A stretch of 64,000 bases of DNA from an uncultured Prevotella sp. (lineage in GTDB: Bacteria > Bacteroidota > Bacteroidia > Bacteroidales > Bacteroidaceae), in contig CAMVQS010000002.1 of NCBI GenBank assembly GCA_947169685.1, forward strand, positions 20,283 to 84,282, given 5' to 3'. The notes under the pieces are model-generated. The model made no database searches. It was not told the origin of the DNA and saw only the letters and a list, made by a program, of their open reading frames with translations. Positions 42,241 through 50,923 of this stretch are shown piece by piece. The position numbers and the translations under genes are program-made. Position 1 is the first letter of the stretch; the number at the start of each line of letters is the position of its first letter.

Positions 42241-42999
42241 ATGAAACAGAAACTCTTGTTCTATATACTTGTGTGCTGCATGTCAGTCACTACGGCGAAA
42301 GCCCAGATTGGCGAACATCGTGATGAGTTCGCTGTGGGCGTCAGCGGTGGTTATGTCATGAGTAGCATCAACTTCCAGCCCGAGGTGCCCCAAAACCAGT
42401 TGGGAGGCATGATAGGCGGACTGACGTTTCGTTATACCACCGAGAAATACTTTAGCAGCGTGTGTGCTATCGTGGGTGAGGTAAACTACGCACAAATAGG
42501 CTGGAAGCAGAAAATCCTTGACTTGCAGGACCAGCCTGTCATCAATAGCGTGACAGGTATGGCAGAGGAGTACCAGCGTCGCATCAACTACGTTCAGGTG
42601 CCTATCTTGGCTAGATTGGGGTGGGGACGTGAACGCAATGGCTTGCAGTTCTTCTTCCAGGCTGGACCGCAACTGGGACTTTTCCTGAACGAAAAGACAG
42701 AGGCTAACTACAAGTTGGAAGAGCGCAACTATAGCGACCGCACGTCAAAAGTGGTCAATCAGGAAACCATGCCAGTGGAAAACAAGTTCGACTATGGCAT
42801 CACCGGTGGCATAGGTCTGGAATACTCACATCCTGTCATTGGCCATTTCATGGTGGAAGCTCGCTATTATTACGGACTGGGTAACATCTATGGCAATACG
42901 AAGCGTGACTACTTCGGTCGCTCCAACTTCTCGAACATTGTCATCAAGATGAGCTATCTGTTTGACATTGCAAAGACTAAAAACAACAAAATAAAATAA
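42241..42999 (+). CDS. Porin/PorT-like outer-membrane beta-barrel
   Basis: Signal peptide; NYAQIGW, YVQVPILA, EARYYYGL. Confidence 0.75.
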   Translation: MKQKLLFYILVCCMSVTTAKAQIGEHRDEFAVGVSGGYVMSSINFQPEVPQNQLGGMIGGLTFRYTTEKYFSSVCAIVGEVNYAQIGWKQKILDLQDQPVINSVTGMAEEYQRRINYVQVPILARLGWGRERNGLQFFFQAGPQLGLFLNEKTEANYKLEERNYSDRTSKVVNQETMPVENKFDYGITGGIGLEYSHPVIGHFMVEARYYYGLGNIYGNTKRDYFGRSNFSNIVIKMSYLFDIAKTKNNKIK

Positions 43000-43002
43000 G
43001 CT

Positions 43003-44562
43003 ATGTTCAAAAATCATCCCAAGGGACTGCTGTTGGCAGCCCTCAGCAACATGGGCGAGCGCTTCGGCTACTACATCATGAATGCCGTGCTGGTGCTTTT
43101 CCTCTGTTCCAAGTTCGGACTCTCTGACGAGAGTAGTGGTATCATTTATTCATGCTTTTATGCAGGCATCTACGTCCTGAGCCTCGTGGGAGGTATCATT
43201 GCCGACCGCACGCAGAACTACAAGGGCACCATCATGACGGGTCTTGTGGTTATGGCTGCCGGCTACGTCATTCTTTCCGTGCCTGTTCTGGCTACCAGTA
43301 ACAACATTGGCTGGCTGCTGCCGCTTACCTGTCTGGCACTCTTCCTGATTGCCTTTGGTAACGGTCTGTTCAAGGGAAATCTGCAGGCCATCGTCGGACA
43401 GATGTACGACAACTTCGAGGCTGAGGCAGCCAAGAAGGGTGAGGAGGAACTGCGCATAGCTCGTGGTCAGCGTGACTCTGGCTTCCAGATCTTCTACGTG
43501 TTCATCAACATCGGCGGTCTCATTGCGCCCTTCGTGGCACCCCTGCTGCGTGGATGGTGGCTGAAGGTCAACGGTCTGGAGTACGACGCATCGCTGCCTG
43601 CCCTCTGTCATAAGTACATCAACGAAGGAGCTGCTATCTCAGCCGATGCGCTGCAAAACCTTAATGAGCTCATCACGAAGGTGGGAGGCTCTACAGCCGA
43701 CCTGTCCGCTTTCTGTTCCCAGTATCTTGATATCTTCAACACCGGCATACACTTCTCGTTCATCGCCTCTGTTGTGGCTATGCTCATTTCGCTGTTCATT
43801 TTCCTCTTCTCACGTAAGGTGTTCCCCACACCAGGAAAGAAAACAGCTGTTGTTTCCGAGAGCTATACGGAAGAGGAGAAGCGTGCTATGGCTACTGAAA
43901 TCAAGCAGCGCATGTACGCCCTGTTTGCTGTGTTGGGTATCGCTGTCTTCTTCTGGTGGTCGTTCCATCAGAACGGCACGTCGATGTCGCTCTTTGCCCG
44001 CGACTTTGTCAATACCTCTATCTTCCCGCCTGAGATTTGGCAGGCTGTTAACCCCTTCTTCGTGATAGTGCTTACACCTATCATCATGTGGGTCTTCAGT
44101 ACGCTTACACGTCAGGGAAAGGAGATTTCTACACCCATGAAGATTGCCTATGGTATGGGTATTGCAGGTATTGCCTACCTCTTCATGACAGTCTTCTGCT
44201 TCACGGAGTCTTATCCGTCGGCAGAGGAGTTCAAAGCCCTTGATACCAATGTCGCAGCAGGGATGAAGTCAGGCGCATGGGTACTCATCGTCTATTACTT
44301 CTTTATGACTGTTGCCGAGCTCTTCATCTCACCCCTTGGACTCTCGTTTGTTTCGAAGGTTGCCCCCAAGAACCTGCAGGGTCTTTGTCAGGGCTTGTGG
44401 CTGGGAGCTACTGCCGTAGGTAACGGCTTGCTGTGGATAGGCCCGCTGATGTATAATAAATGGTCTATCTGGGAGTGCTGGGCAGTCTTTTTTGCTGTCT
44501 GCCTCATCTCAATGGCAATCATGTTCGGTATGGTGAAATGGCTTGAGCGGGTTACAAAGTAA
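43003..44562 (+). CDS. POT/PTR proton-dependent oligopeptide transporter (MFS)
   Basis: HPKGL, ERFGYY, GNGLFKGN, FYVFINIG, AELFISPLG. Confidence 0.93.
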   Translation: MFKNHPKGLLLAALSNMGERFGYYIMNAVLVLFLCSKFGLSDESSGIIYSCFYAGIYVLSLVGGIIADRTQNYKGTIMTGLVVMAAGYVILSVPVLATSNNIGWLLPLTCLALFLIAFGNGLFKGNLQAIVGQMYDNFEAEAAKKGEEELRIARGQRDSGFQIFYVFINIGGLIAPFVAPLLRGWWLKVNGLEYDASLPALCHKYINEGAAISADALQNLNELITKVGGSTADLSAFCSQYLDIFNTGIHFSFIASVVAMLISLFIFLFSRKVFPTPGKKTAVVSESYTEEEKRAMATEIKQRMYALFAVLGIAVFFWWSFHQNGTSMSLFARDFVNTSIFPPEIWQAVNPFFVIVLTPIIMWVFSTLTRQGKEISTPMKIAYGMGIAGIAYLFMTVFCFTESYPSAEEFKALDTNVAAGMKSGAWVLIVYYFFMTVAELFISPLGLSFVSKVAPKNLQGLCQGLWLGATAVGNGLLWIGPLMYNKWSIWECWAVFFAVCLISMAIMFGMVKWLERVTK

Positions 44563-44564
44563 CG

Positions 44565-45977
44565 ATGCTGTCATTTCTTCCGTTCCTTGTATTGATTATA
44601 CTCATCACGTGTTGCGTTGCCGTCTTTGGTAACGCAACATTGGATGGTGCCAGTCAGGTGTCGCTGCTGATTGCCTCGGCGGTTAGTGTACTGGTCGGAC
44701 ATTTCTCGAAACGGCTACGCTGGGAGGACTTGGAACGGGAGATTACAGACAAGGTGGCCAGCTGCACACCGGCCATCATCATCCTCTTGCTTATTGGTGC
44801 CATTGGCGGCACGTGGATGGTGTCGGGCATTGTGCCCACCATGATATATTATGGCATGCAGATTCTGCGGCCGGAGATTTTCCTTGTCAGCAGCAGTCTG
44901 CTCTGTGCCTTGGTCAGCTTGATGATAGGCTCGTCGTGGACCACGGTGGCTACCATTGGCGTTGCATTGATGGGTATTGGCAAGGCACATGGCTTTGACG
45001 ATGGCTGGATAGCAGGTTCCATCATTACGGGAGCCTATTTCGGCGACAAGCTCTCGCCGTTGTCCGACACTACGGTATTGGCTTCCAGCGTTTCAGGCAC
45101 GCCGCTTTTCACGCATATCCGTTATATGCTTTATACCACGGTACCGACATTCCTGGTGTCCCTTTCTATCTTCTTCGTCGCAGGCTTCTGCATGAACGTT
45201 TCCGGACAGGGTAACGTGTTGGAGTTCATGGACGGACTGGAGCGCACTTTCGTCATCAGCCCCTGGCTGTTGCTGGTGCCTGTCCTGACGGGTGTCATGA
45301 TTGCCCGTCGCTGGCCGTCTATGGTGGTACTCTTTCTTGCCATTCTGTTGGCTGTCGTTGTGGGACTGTTAGTTCAGCCACAGTTGATACACCATATCTC
45401 AGGTGAGGAAGGGCAGGGCATCCTTACTTCCTATAAGGGCATGATGCAGGTCTGCTATGGCAGTACAGACATTGACACGGGGCATCCGATGCTCAACCAG
45501 CTTGTCCATACCAGTGGCATGGGCGGTATGATGCCTACCATCTGGCTCATCATCTGTGCTCAGACTTTCGGTGGTACGCTTACGGCTACCGGACAGTTGC
45601 AGGACCTGATGCGGCTTGTGTTGCGCTTCGTCCGCGGAACTGCATCGCTCGTGGCTTCTACGGTGGGAGCGGCTTTCTTCTGCAACGTGGCACTGGCCGA
45701 CCAGTACTTGTCTATCATGTTGTCCAGTCAGATGTTCCGAGAGAGCTACAAAAAGCATGGTCTGGAGTCGCGTCTGTTGAGTCGTAGCTGCGAGGACGGT
45801 GCTACGGCTACTTCTGTGCTGGTACCGTGGAATACCTGTGGTCTTACCCAGAGCACAGTGCTTGGCGTGGCCACGTTGACCTATTTGCCTTATTGTTTCT
45901 TTAATATATTATCTCCTTTTACCAGTGTTATAGTTGCAGCCATTGGCTGGAAGATTGTACGACATGAAAAGAACTGA
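44565..45977 (+). CDS. NhaC family Na+/H+ antiporter
   Basis: GSSWTT.ATIG, GAYFGDKLSPLSDTT, LVPWNTCG. Confidence 0.9.
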   Translation: MLSFLPFLVLIILITCCVAVFGNATLDGASQVSLLIASAVSVLVGHFSKRLRWEDLEREITDKVASCTPAIIILLLIGAIGGTWMVSGIVPTMIYYGMQILRPEIFLVSSSLLCALVSLMIGSSWTTVATIGVALMGIGKAHGFDDGWIAGSIITGAYFGDKLSPLSDTTVLASSVSGTPLFTHIRYMLYTTVPTFLVSLSIFFVAGFCMNVSGQGNVLEFMDGLERTFVISPWLLLVPVLTGVMIARRWPSMVVLFLAILLAVVVGLLVQPQLIHHISGEEGQGILTSYKGMMQVCYGSTDIDTGHPMLNQLVHTSGMGGMMPTIWLIICAQTFGGTLTATGQLQDLMRLVLRFVRGTASLVASTVGAAFFCNVALADQYLSIMLSSQMFRESYKKHGLESRLLSRSCEDGATATSVLVPWNTCGLTQSTVLGVATLTYLPYCFFNILSPFTSVIVAAIGWKIVRHEKN

Positions 45978-46644
45978 ACGTTACGAAAAGGTGTTGGCGT
46001 ACTTCCGTGAGCAGATGCCGGAAGTGCAGACGGAACTGGAGTTCGGCAGCGTGTTCCAGCTGTTGGTGGCTGTCGTGCTGAGTGCACAGTGTACTGATAA
46101 GCGCATCAATCAGGTGACGCCGGAACTCTTCCGTCGTTATCCTGATGCGAAGGCAATGGCAACGGCAGAGCCGGAGGATGTGCTTGAATACATCAGTAGC
46201 GTGTCCTACCCGAACGCCAAGGCGGAGCATTTGGTCCGAATGGCCCGTATGCTGGTGGAACGTCACGACGGCGAGGTACCTGCTGACATGAATGCACTCT
46301 TGGATCTGCCTGGGGTGGGACGTAAGACGGCGAACGTCATTCAGAGCGTGGCGTTCGGTCGTGCCACGATGGCTGTCGATACTCATGTCTTCCGTGTTAG
46401 TCACCGTTTAGGACTGGTGACGAAGAAAGAGGATACGCCTTTTAAAGTAGAACAAGTGCTGGTAAAAAATATACCCGAGGAAGATATTCCTCGGGCACAT
46501 CATTGGTTGTTATTGCATGGTCGTTATGTCTGTACGTCACGCCGCCCACACTGCGAGAAGTGCGGCTTGCGTTCTATCTGCGCATCCTGCGGTTGTGACC
46601 CCACCTCTTCCACATGTCACGGTAAAAGCGATCCTCAGCCTTGA
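45964..46644 (+). CDS. nth: Endonuclease III
   Basis: LSAQCTD, HhH LPGVGRKTANV, VDTHVFR, CxxxxxxCxxCxxxxxC Fe-S motif. Confidence 0.95.
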   Translation: MKRTERYEKVLAYFREQMPEVQTELEFGSVFQLLVAVVLSAQCTDKRINQVTPELFRRYPDAKAMATAEPEDVLEYISSVSYPNAKAEHLVRMARMLVERHDGEVPADMNALLDLPGVGRKTANVIQSVAFGRATMAVDTHVFRVSHRLGLVTKKEDTPFKVEQVLVKNIPEEDIPRAHHWLLLHGRYVCTSRRPHCEKCGLRSICASCGCDPTSSTCHGKSDPQP

Positions 46645-47011
46645 TGACCTCAAACACCTTACTGGCAGGCAGCACGTTCAAGAACTTGTTGTGGTAGGTC
46701 TGCTGCAGGGTTTTCAGTTCCAAATCCAATTGGTCAGCCTTCTTGATGGCGTCCTTGAAACCGGCCTCGTCGGTGGGCGGAGTCTTTCTGAGGTCACGCT
46801 GACGGGCATAGATGACACGCTGCTTTTCGTGCATCTCCCCAAAGAGCGGCAAGAACTTGGCAGCCTCCTGTGGCGTCAGTTTAGCCTCTTTGACGATATA
46901 CTCCTGCAGGTCAGCCTTGAATTTCTCGGGTGAGAACTTCCAAGGTCCTTCCTGTGCAAAAGCCATCATGGTGATGAACAGGCAGAAAAGTGTAATTGAT
47001 AACTTCTTCAT
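46574..47011 (-). CDS. Periplasmic helical protein (Spy/CpxP-like), third gene of the ECF operon
   Basis: Signal peptide; LTPQEAAKFLPLF; all-helical. Confidence 0.65.
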   Translation of the reverse strand: MKKLSITLFCLFITMMAFAQEGPWKFSPEKFKADLQEYIVKEAKLTPQEAAKFLPLFGEMHEKQRVIYARQRDLRKTPPTDEAGFKDAIKKADQLDLELKTLQQTYHNKFLNVLPASKVFEVIKAEDRFYRDMWKRWGHNRRMRR

Positions 47012-47023
47012 AACTTCCTTGTT

Positions 47024-47389
47024 TTATTCCGACAGGCAGGCGTAGATGTCGGCATTGTCAAGCATGGCGTAGTCGGCTGCCTCATCCATGAACTCCTCGT
47101 CAGCAGCTGTCGTGGTGACGGTAGCAACAGCAGGCTCCGTAGTAGTCTGCTGCTTGGAGTGGTTGAGATACATCGTAACGCTGAAGATGGCGATGCACAG
47201 GCAGGCAGCAGCCAGCAATACAGGGCGCAACTTCTTCAGACGTGTAGTACGCATAGGAACTACCTCAGCCTGACGCTCGGGCAACTGTTCCATCAGCTGC
47301 TCGGCGAAACGGTCAAAGTAACCCTCGGGCACTCGGAAGGGGTTTTGACTCCCCATGTTTTCTTGGATGATTCTTTCTTCGTCTGTCAT
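47024..47389 (-). CDS. Putative anti-sigma membrane protein
   Basis: NPFRVPEGYFD motif, single TM segment, downstream of the ECF sigma. Confidence 0.65.
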   Translation of the reverse strand: MTDEERIIQENMGSQNPFRVPEGYFDRFAEQLMEQLPERQAEVVPMRTTRLKKLRPVLLAAACLCIAIFSVTMYLNHSKQQTTTEPAVATVTTTAADEEFMDEAADYAMLDNADIYACLSE

Positions 47390-47436
47390 TACGTTTTGGT
47401 TCTTTTGTATGTTTGACGTATATTCATTGAAAAAGT

Positions 47437-47991
47437 TTAATCATGTTGCTTAAAATATTCAGCAATCTTTTTCACCGCAATGTGGTAGGAGGCTTTTAGT
47501 GCGCCTTCCGATGTATTCAGCACGCGGCTGATTTCACTGTATTTCATGTCGTCGTAGTATCGCAGGTTGAAGACGGTGCGTTGTACATCGGGTAGCAGGG
47601 CAATGGCTGCCTGCAGCTTGGCCTGGGCCTCGTCGCCGTCGAAGTAGCGGTCTGCCATCAGCGTGTTGGCAATGCCTGTCTGTTCGTTATCGGTACTGAT
47701 GGTTGCCATGTTCTTTTGTCGCCTGACGAAGTCGAGGCTTTCGTTGATGACGATGCGGTAGAGCCATGTAGAGAGCTTCGAGTCGGAACGGAAGCTGTCG
47801 ATGTTGTTCCATGCCTTGAGCATAGCGTTCTGCATCACGTCGTCGGCATCGTCATGATTGAGCACGATGCGACGCACCTGCCAATAGAGCTGTTCGCTAT
47901 ACTGCTTAACAATAATCCCAAACGCTTGTCGCTGCGTCTGGGGATTACGTAACATGGAAAGAAGTTCTTTCTCTGAGAGGGGAGTGTTCAT
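47437..47991 (-). CDS. ECF sigma-70 factor
   Basis: DADDVMQN..KAW..F..STWLYRI..N; region 4 YSEIS..L.TSEGALKASYH. Confidence 0.92.
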   Translation of the reverse strand: MNTPLSEKELLSMLRNPQTQRQAFGIIVKQYSEQLYWQVRRIVLNHDDADDVMQNAMLKAWNNIDSFRSDSKLSTWLYRIVINESLDFVRRQKNMATISTDNEQTGIANTLMADRYFDGDEAQAKLQAAIALLPDVQRTVFNLRYYDDMKYSEISRVLNTSEGALKASYHIAVKKIAEYFKQHD

Positions 47992-48302
47992 CGGATGGCA
48001 ATCTTGCGAACCACTTTGCCTACTTTCACGATGTAGCATCCCTTGGGGATATCCAACTCAATGCGCTGTGACGGACTTTCAATCTTCACCTTCATTACCT
48101 GATTGCCGGTCAATGAAATAATCTCGAGCGTCTCGCCCTGTGCATTGTTGACAAGGAGCGTTGACTGCTGTACCGCAATGGTTATTTCGCGGTCGTTGCT
48201 CTGCTGCTCGATAGCTGGTTCAAAGTCCACAGCCCAGAGGCTCATCGGAACGGTGAGCGTCAGCGCAGCAGCAAATGTCAGCTTGAGTAGTTGTCTCGTC
48301 AT
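47988..48302 (-). CDS. Small secreted protein resembling a stand-alone T9SS type A CTD
   Basis: Signal peptide; LEIISLTG..V..IELDIPKGCYIVKVG..RKIAIR. Confidence 0.7.
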   Translation of the reverse strand: MTRQLLKLTFAAALTLTVPMSLWAVDFEPAIEQQSNDREITIAVQQSTLLVNNAQGETLEIISLTGNQVMKVKIESPSQRIELDIPKGCYIVKVGKVVRKIAIR

Positions 48303-48404
48303 AAGCTTCTTGTTTCAGATATTTGGTGCAAAGATAGTGTTTTTGTTTTAATTCTCCAAACTTTTTCGCCCTTTTTTGTTGTCGGAGGGGCGAAATAATC
48401 CGTT

Positions 48405-49193
48405 TTAGACGTCAAAGACGGCGTTTTCCTGTGCCAGATAAGTGTTTTCGAAGACTTCCTTGGCTTCGTTGAGCAGCACGTTTTCGTCCTCGTAACGCGA
48501 CGAGTAGTGCCCCAGAATCAGCTGTCGTACATGGGCGTCGCGGGCCACCTGTGCCGCTTCGCGGGCCGTCGAGTGGTTGTATTTCTCCGCCATCGCCTGG
48601 TTGTCGTCGGCATAGGTGCTTTCGTGGTAGAGGGTGCTGACGCCTTCAATGCGCTGGTGCAGGTCCGCCATGTAGCGCGTGTCGCTGCAATAGGCGTAAC
48701 TGCGCAGGGTGGTGGAGCGTCGTGTGGGCTTTTCCCTGAACAGGAATCCGCAGCAGGGAATGCGGTGCTGCAGGGGGATGGTGGTGACGCTGAGGCTGCG
48801 GTCCTCGTAGATGACCTGCTCCTGCGTGGTGTCGATGGGGTGGAAGACCACCTCGTAGCTCAGGTGAGGGCAGAACATGTCCAGCTGTGACTGCAGCATG
48901 GGCTCCAGCTCGGCCGTGGCATAGATGTGCAGCTTGGCAATGCGCCCCAGCATACCGAAGGTGCTGATCATGCCCATCAGCCCGAAACAATGGTCACCGT
49001 GCAGATGCGAGATGAACACATGGCCTATCTTGGTAAAGCGGATGCGCGAACGGCGCAGCTGCATCTGCGAACCTTCGCCGCAGTCAATCATAAACAGCTT
49101 GCCGCGCACTTCCACCACCTGTGCCGACGCGTTGTGCCGGAGTGTTGGAAGTGCGCTGCCGCAACCTAATATGTGAACTCTGAAAGGTTCCAA
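48405..49193 (-). CDS. rnz: Ribonuclease Z (short; exosite apparently deleted)
   Basis: ILGCGSALPT, DCGEG, SHLHGDH, AYCSDT, HEST, HST, GHYSSRY. Confidence 0.88.
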   Translation of the reverse strand: MEPFRVHILGCGSALPTLRHNASAQVVEVRGKLFMIDCGEGSQMQLRRSRIRFTKIGHVFISHLHGDHCFGLMGMISTFGMLGRIAKLHIYATAELEPMLQSQLDMFCPHLSYEVVFHPIDTTQEQVIYEDRSLSVTTIPLQHRIPCCGFLFREKPTRRSTTLRSYAYCSDTRYMADLHQRIEGVSTLYHESTYADDNQAMAEKYNHSTAREAAQVARDAHVRQLILGHYSSRYEDENVLLNEAKEVFENTYLAQENAVFDV

Positions 49194-49205
49194 GGCGCAG
49201 GGGGG

Positions 49206-49874
49206 TTACATCACGAAGTCCTTGTCGAACGACGACTCCTCCAGCTCAATGTTCACCCCGTAGCCCTCGTGAGGCTTCTGACGTGAGAACTCGAAGGTGT
49301 CCTCGTCGTCCTTGTACGTCAGCGAGTCGGCAGTCAGCTTGATGATGTCGTACAGATTGGTCTCCTCTTCCTGGCTGCCGCCTTCGCGTACGGAGACAAT
49401 CTCTATCTGTCCGTTCACGATTCGCCACGTGCGGTAGCTGATGGAGGTCTGCTCAATGGTTTCGGCAATGCCGCCTTCCTTGATGCTGATGCCAATCTCC
49501 GAGCTGCCGTCGATGGGGTCGGGCATCACCCAGTTGCCCAGCAGCATGTTCTGGTTGATGACGTTGTCGGCAATAGTCTTCTGCACGTTGGTCTGCACAA
49601 TCATACGGTCACCTTCGACGATGTCACCAAACAGCTTCTGGTTCTCGCGTGCTGCTGCAATGTCGATGGTCAGCGTGTCGCCGTTGTCCGTAATCAGTCG
49701 CAGCGTGTCGCCGTGCGACGTGCTGGCAGTAATGCCGTAGAGCGTAGGCAGCTCAGCGGGGGCAACGTCCGTCGAGTCAATGCCTTGTCCCATTCCTTGT
49801 TGTTTCTTTCCGCCGCAGCTCATCATGGAGATGGCTGCCAGCGCAATGATGCCAATGAATAATACCTTTTTCAT
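49206..49874 (-). CDS. Hypothetical lipoprotein (lipocalin-like C-terminal domain)
   Basis: Lipobox MMSC; LLGNWV..GISIKEGG..YRTWRI. Confidence 0.7.
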   Translation of the reverse strand: MKKVLFIGIIALAAISMMSCGGKKQQGMGQGIDSTDVAPAELPTLYGITASTSHGDTLRLITDNGDTLTIDIAAARENQKLFGDIVEGDRMIVQTNVQKTIADNVINQNMLLGNWVMPDPIDGSSEIGISIKEGGIAETIEQTSISYRTWRIVNGQIEIVSVREGGSQEEETNLYDIIKLTADSLTYKDDEDTFEFSRQKPHEGYGVNIELEESSFDKDFVM

Positions 49875-49896
49875 ATATATTATATTATGTTTAATA

Positions 49897-49930
49897 CCTC
49901 TAACCACTAACCTCTAACCACTAACCTCCA
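49897..49930. repeat. Heptamer tandem (CCTCTAA/CCACTAA) x4 spanning the mazG stop
   Basis: Read directly. Confidence 0.8.
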
Positions 49931-50714
49931 TTTCCTTCGCCTCGTTCCACAGCCGGTCCATCTCCTCCAGCGTCATCTCCGTCAGCGGTCGTCCGGCACG
50001 TATGCTGTGCTGCTCAATGTAGTTGAAGCGGCGGATGAACTTCTGGTTCGTCAGCTCCAGTGCGTTGTCGGGGTTCAGCTTGTAGAGGCGGGCAGCGTTG
50101 ATGACCGAGAACAGGAAGTCGCCCAGCTCCTCCGTCGAACGCTGCTTGTCCTCCTTGCGCAGCTCAGCCTCCAGCTCGTCCAACTCCTCGCGTACCTTCT
50201 TCCACACGTCCTGCTTGTCTTCCCAGTCGAAGCCCACGTTGCGGGCCTTGTCCTGCACGCGGTAGGCCTTGATGAGCGAGGGCAGGGCAGCGGGCACCCC
50301 TGAGAGCACCGTCTTGTTGCCGTCCTTCTCCTTCAGCTTGATCTGTTCCCAGCTCTCCAACACGGCCTCCGCATCCTTCGCCACCGCCTCGCCATAGACG
50401 TGCGGATGGCGGAAGATGAGCTTGTCGCACAGCTTGTTGCACACGTCGGCCATGTCGAACTGCTGCTTCTCCTCGCCGATGCGTCCGTAGAACACCACGT
50501 GCAGCAGCACGTCGCCCAGCTCCTTACATATCTCCTGCTGGTCGTCGCGTATCAGCGCATCGCACAGCTCGTAGGTCTCCTCAATGGTGTTCGGCCGCAG
50601 GCTGTCGTTCGTCTGCTTGCGGTCCCAGGGGCACTCCTCGCGCAGCCGGTCCATCACGTCGAGCAGCCGTCCGAAGGCCTCCATCTTCTCTTCTCGTGTA
50701 TGCATTCGATCCAT
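49914..50714 (-). CDS. mazG: Nucleoside triphosphate pyrophosphohydrolase
   Basis: CPWDRKQT, IEETYE, ELGDVL, RHPHVYG, EELGDFLF. Confidence 0.95.
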   Translation of the reverse strand: MDRMHTREEKMEAFGRLLDVMDRLREECPWDRKQTNDSLRPNTIEETYELCDALIRDDQQEICKELGDVLLHVVFYGRIGEEKQQFDMADVCNKLCDKLIFRHPHVYGEAVAKDAEAVLESWEQIKLKEKDGNKTVLSGVPAALPSLIKAYRVQDKARNVGFDWEDKQDVWKKVREELDELEAELRKEDKQRSTEELGDFLFSVINAARLYKLNPDNALELTNQKFIRRFNYIEQHSIRAGRPLTEMTLEEMDRLWNEAKEMEVSG

Positions 50715-50776
50715 ATTGGGGGCGAAGGTACAAAGAAATGTGCGAACTGCAAAATAAAATCCGATTTATTTTCGCC

Positions 50777-50923
50777 TTACCACACCTGGTTGGGGTCTGT
50801 TATCGGCTCCGACGGGTCCTCGTAAATGGGCACCGTCGTCGGGCTGCCTGTCTGTATGGGCTGGTGCAGGCGGAGCTCCAAGGTCTGCATCTCGGGTATC
50901 TGATATGTCTTCTTGAGTATCAT
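50777..50923 (-). CDS. 48-aa YxxP-leader micropeptide (MILKKTYQIPEMQTLELRLHQPIQTGSPTTVPIYEDPSEPITDPNQVW)
   Basis: Translated by hand. ATGA overlap with the upstream T9SS gene stop; AAGGAGGT lies within the upstream gene's last codons. Confidence 0.7.
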   Translation of the reverse strand: MILKKTYQIPEMQTLELRLHQPIQTGSPTTVPIYEDPSEPITDPNQVW

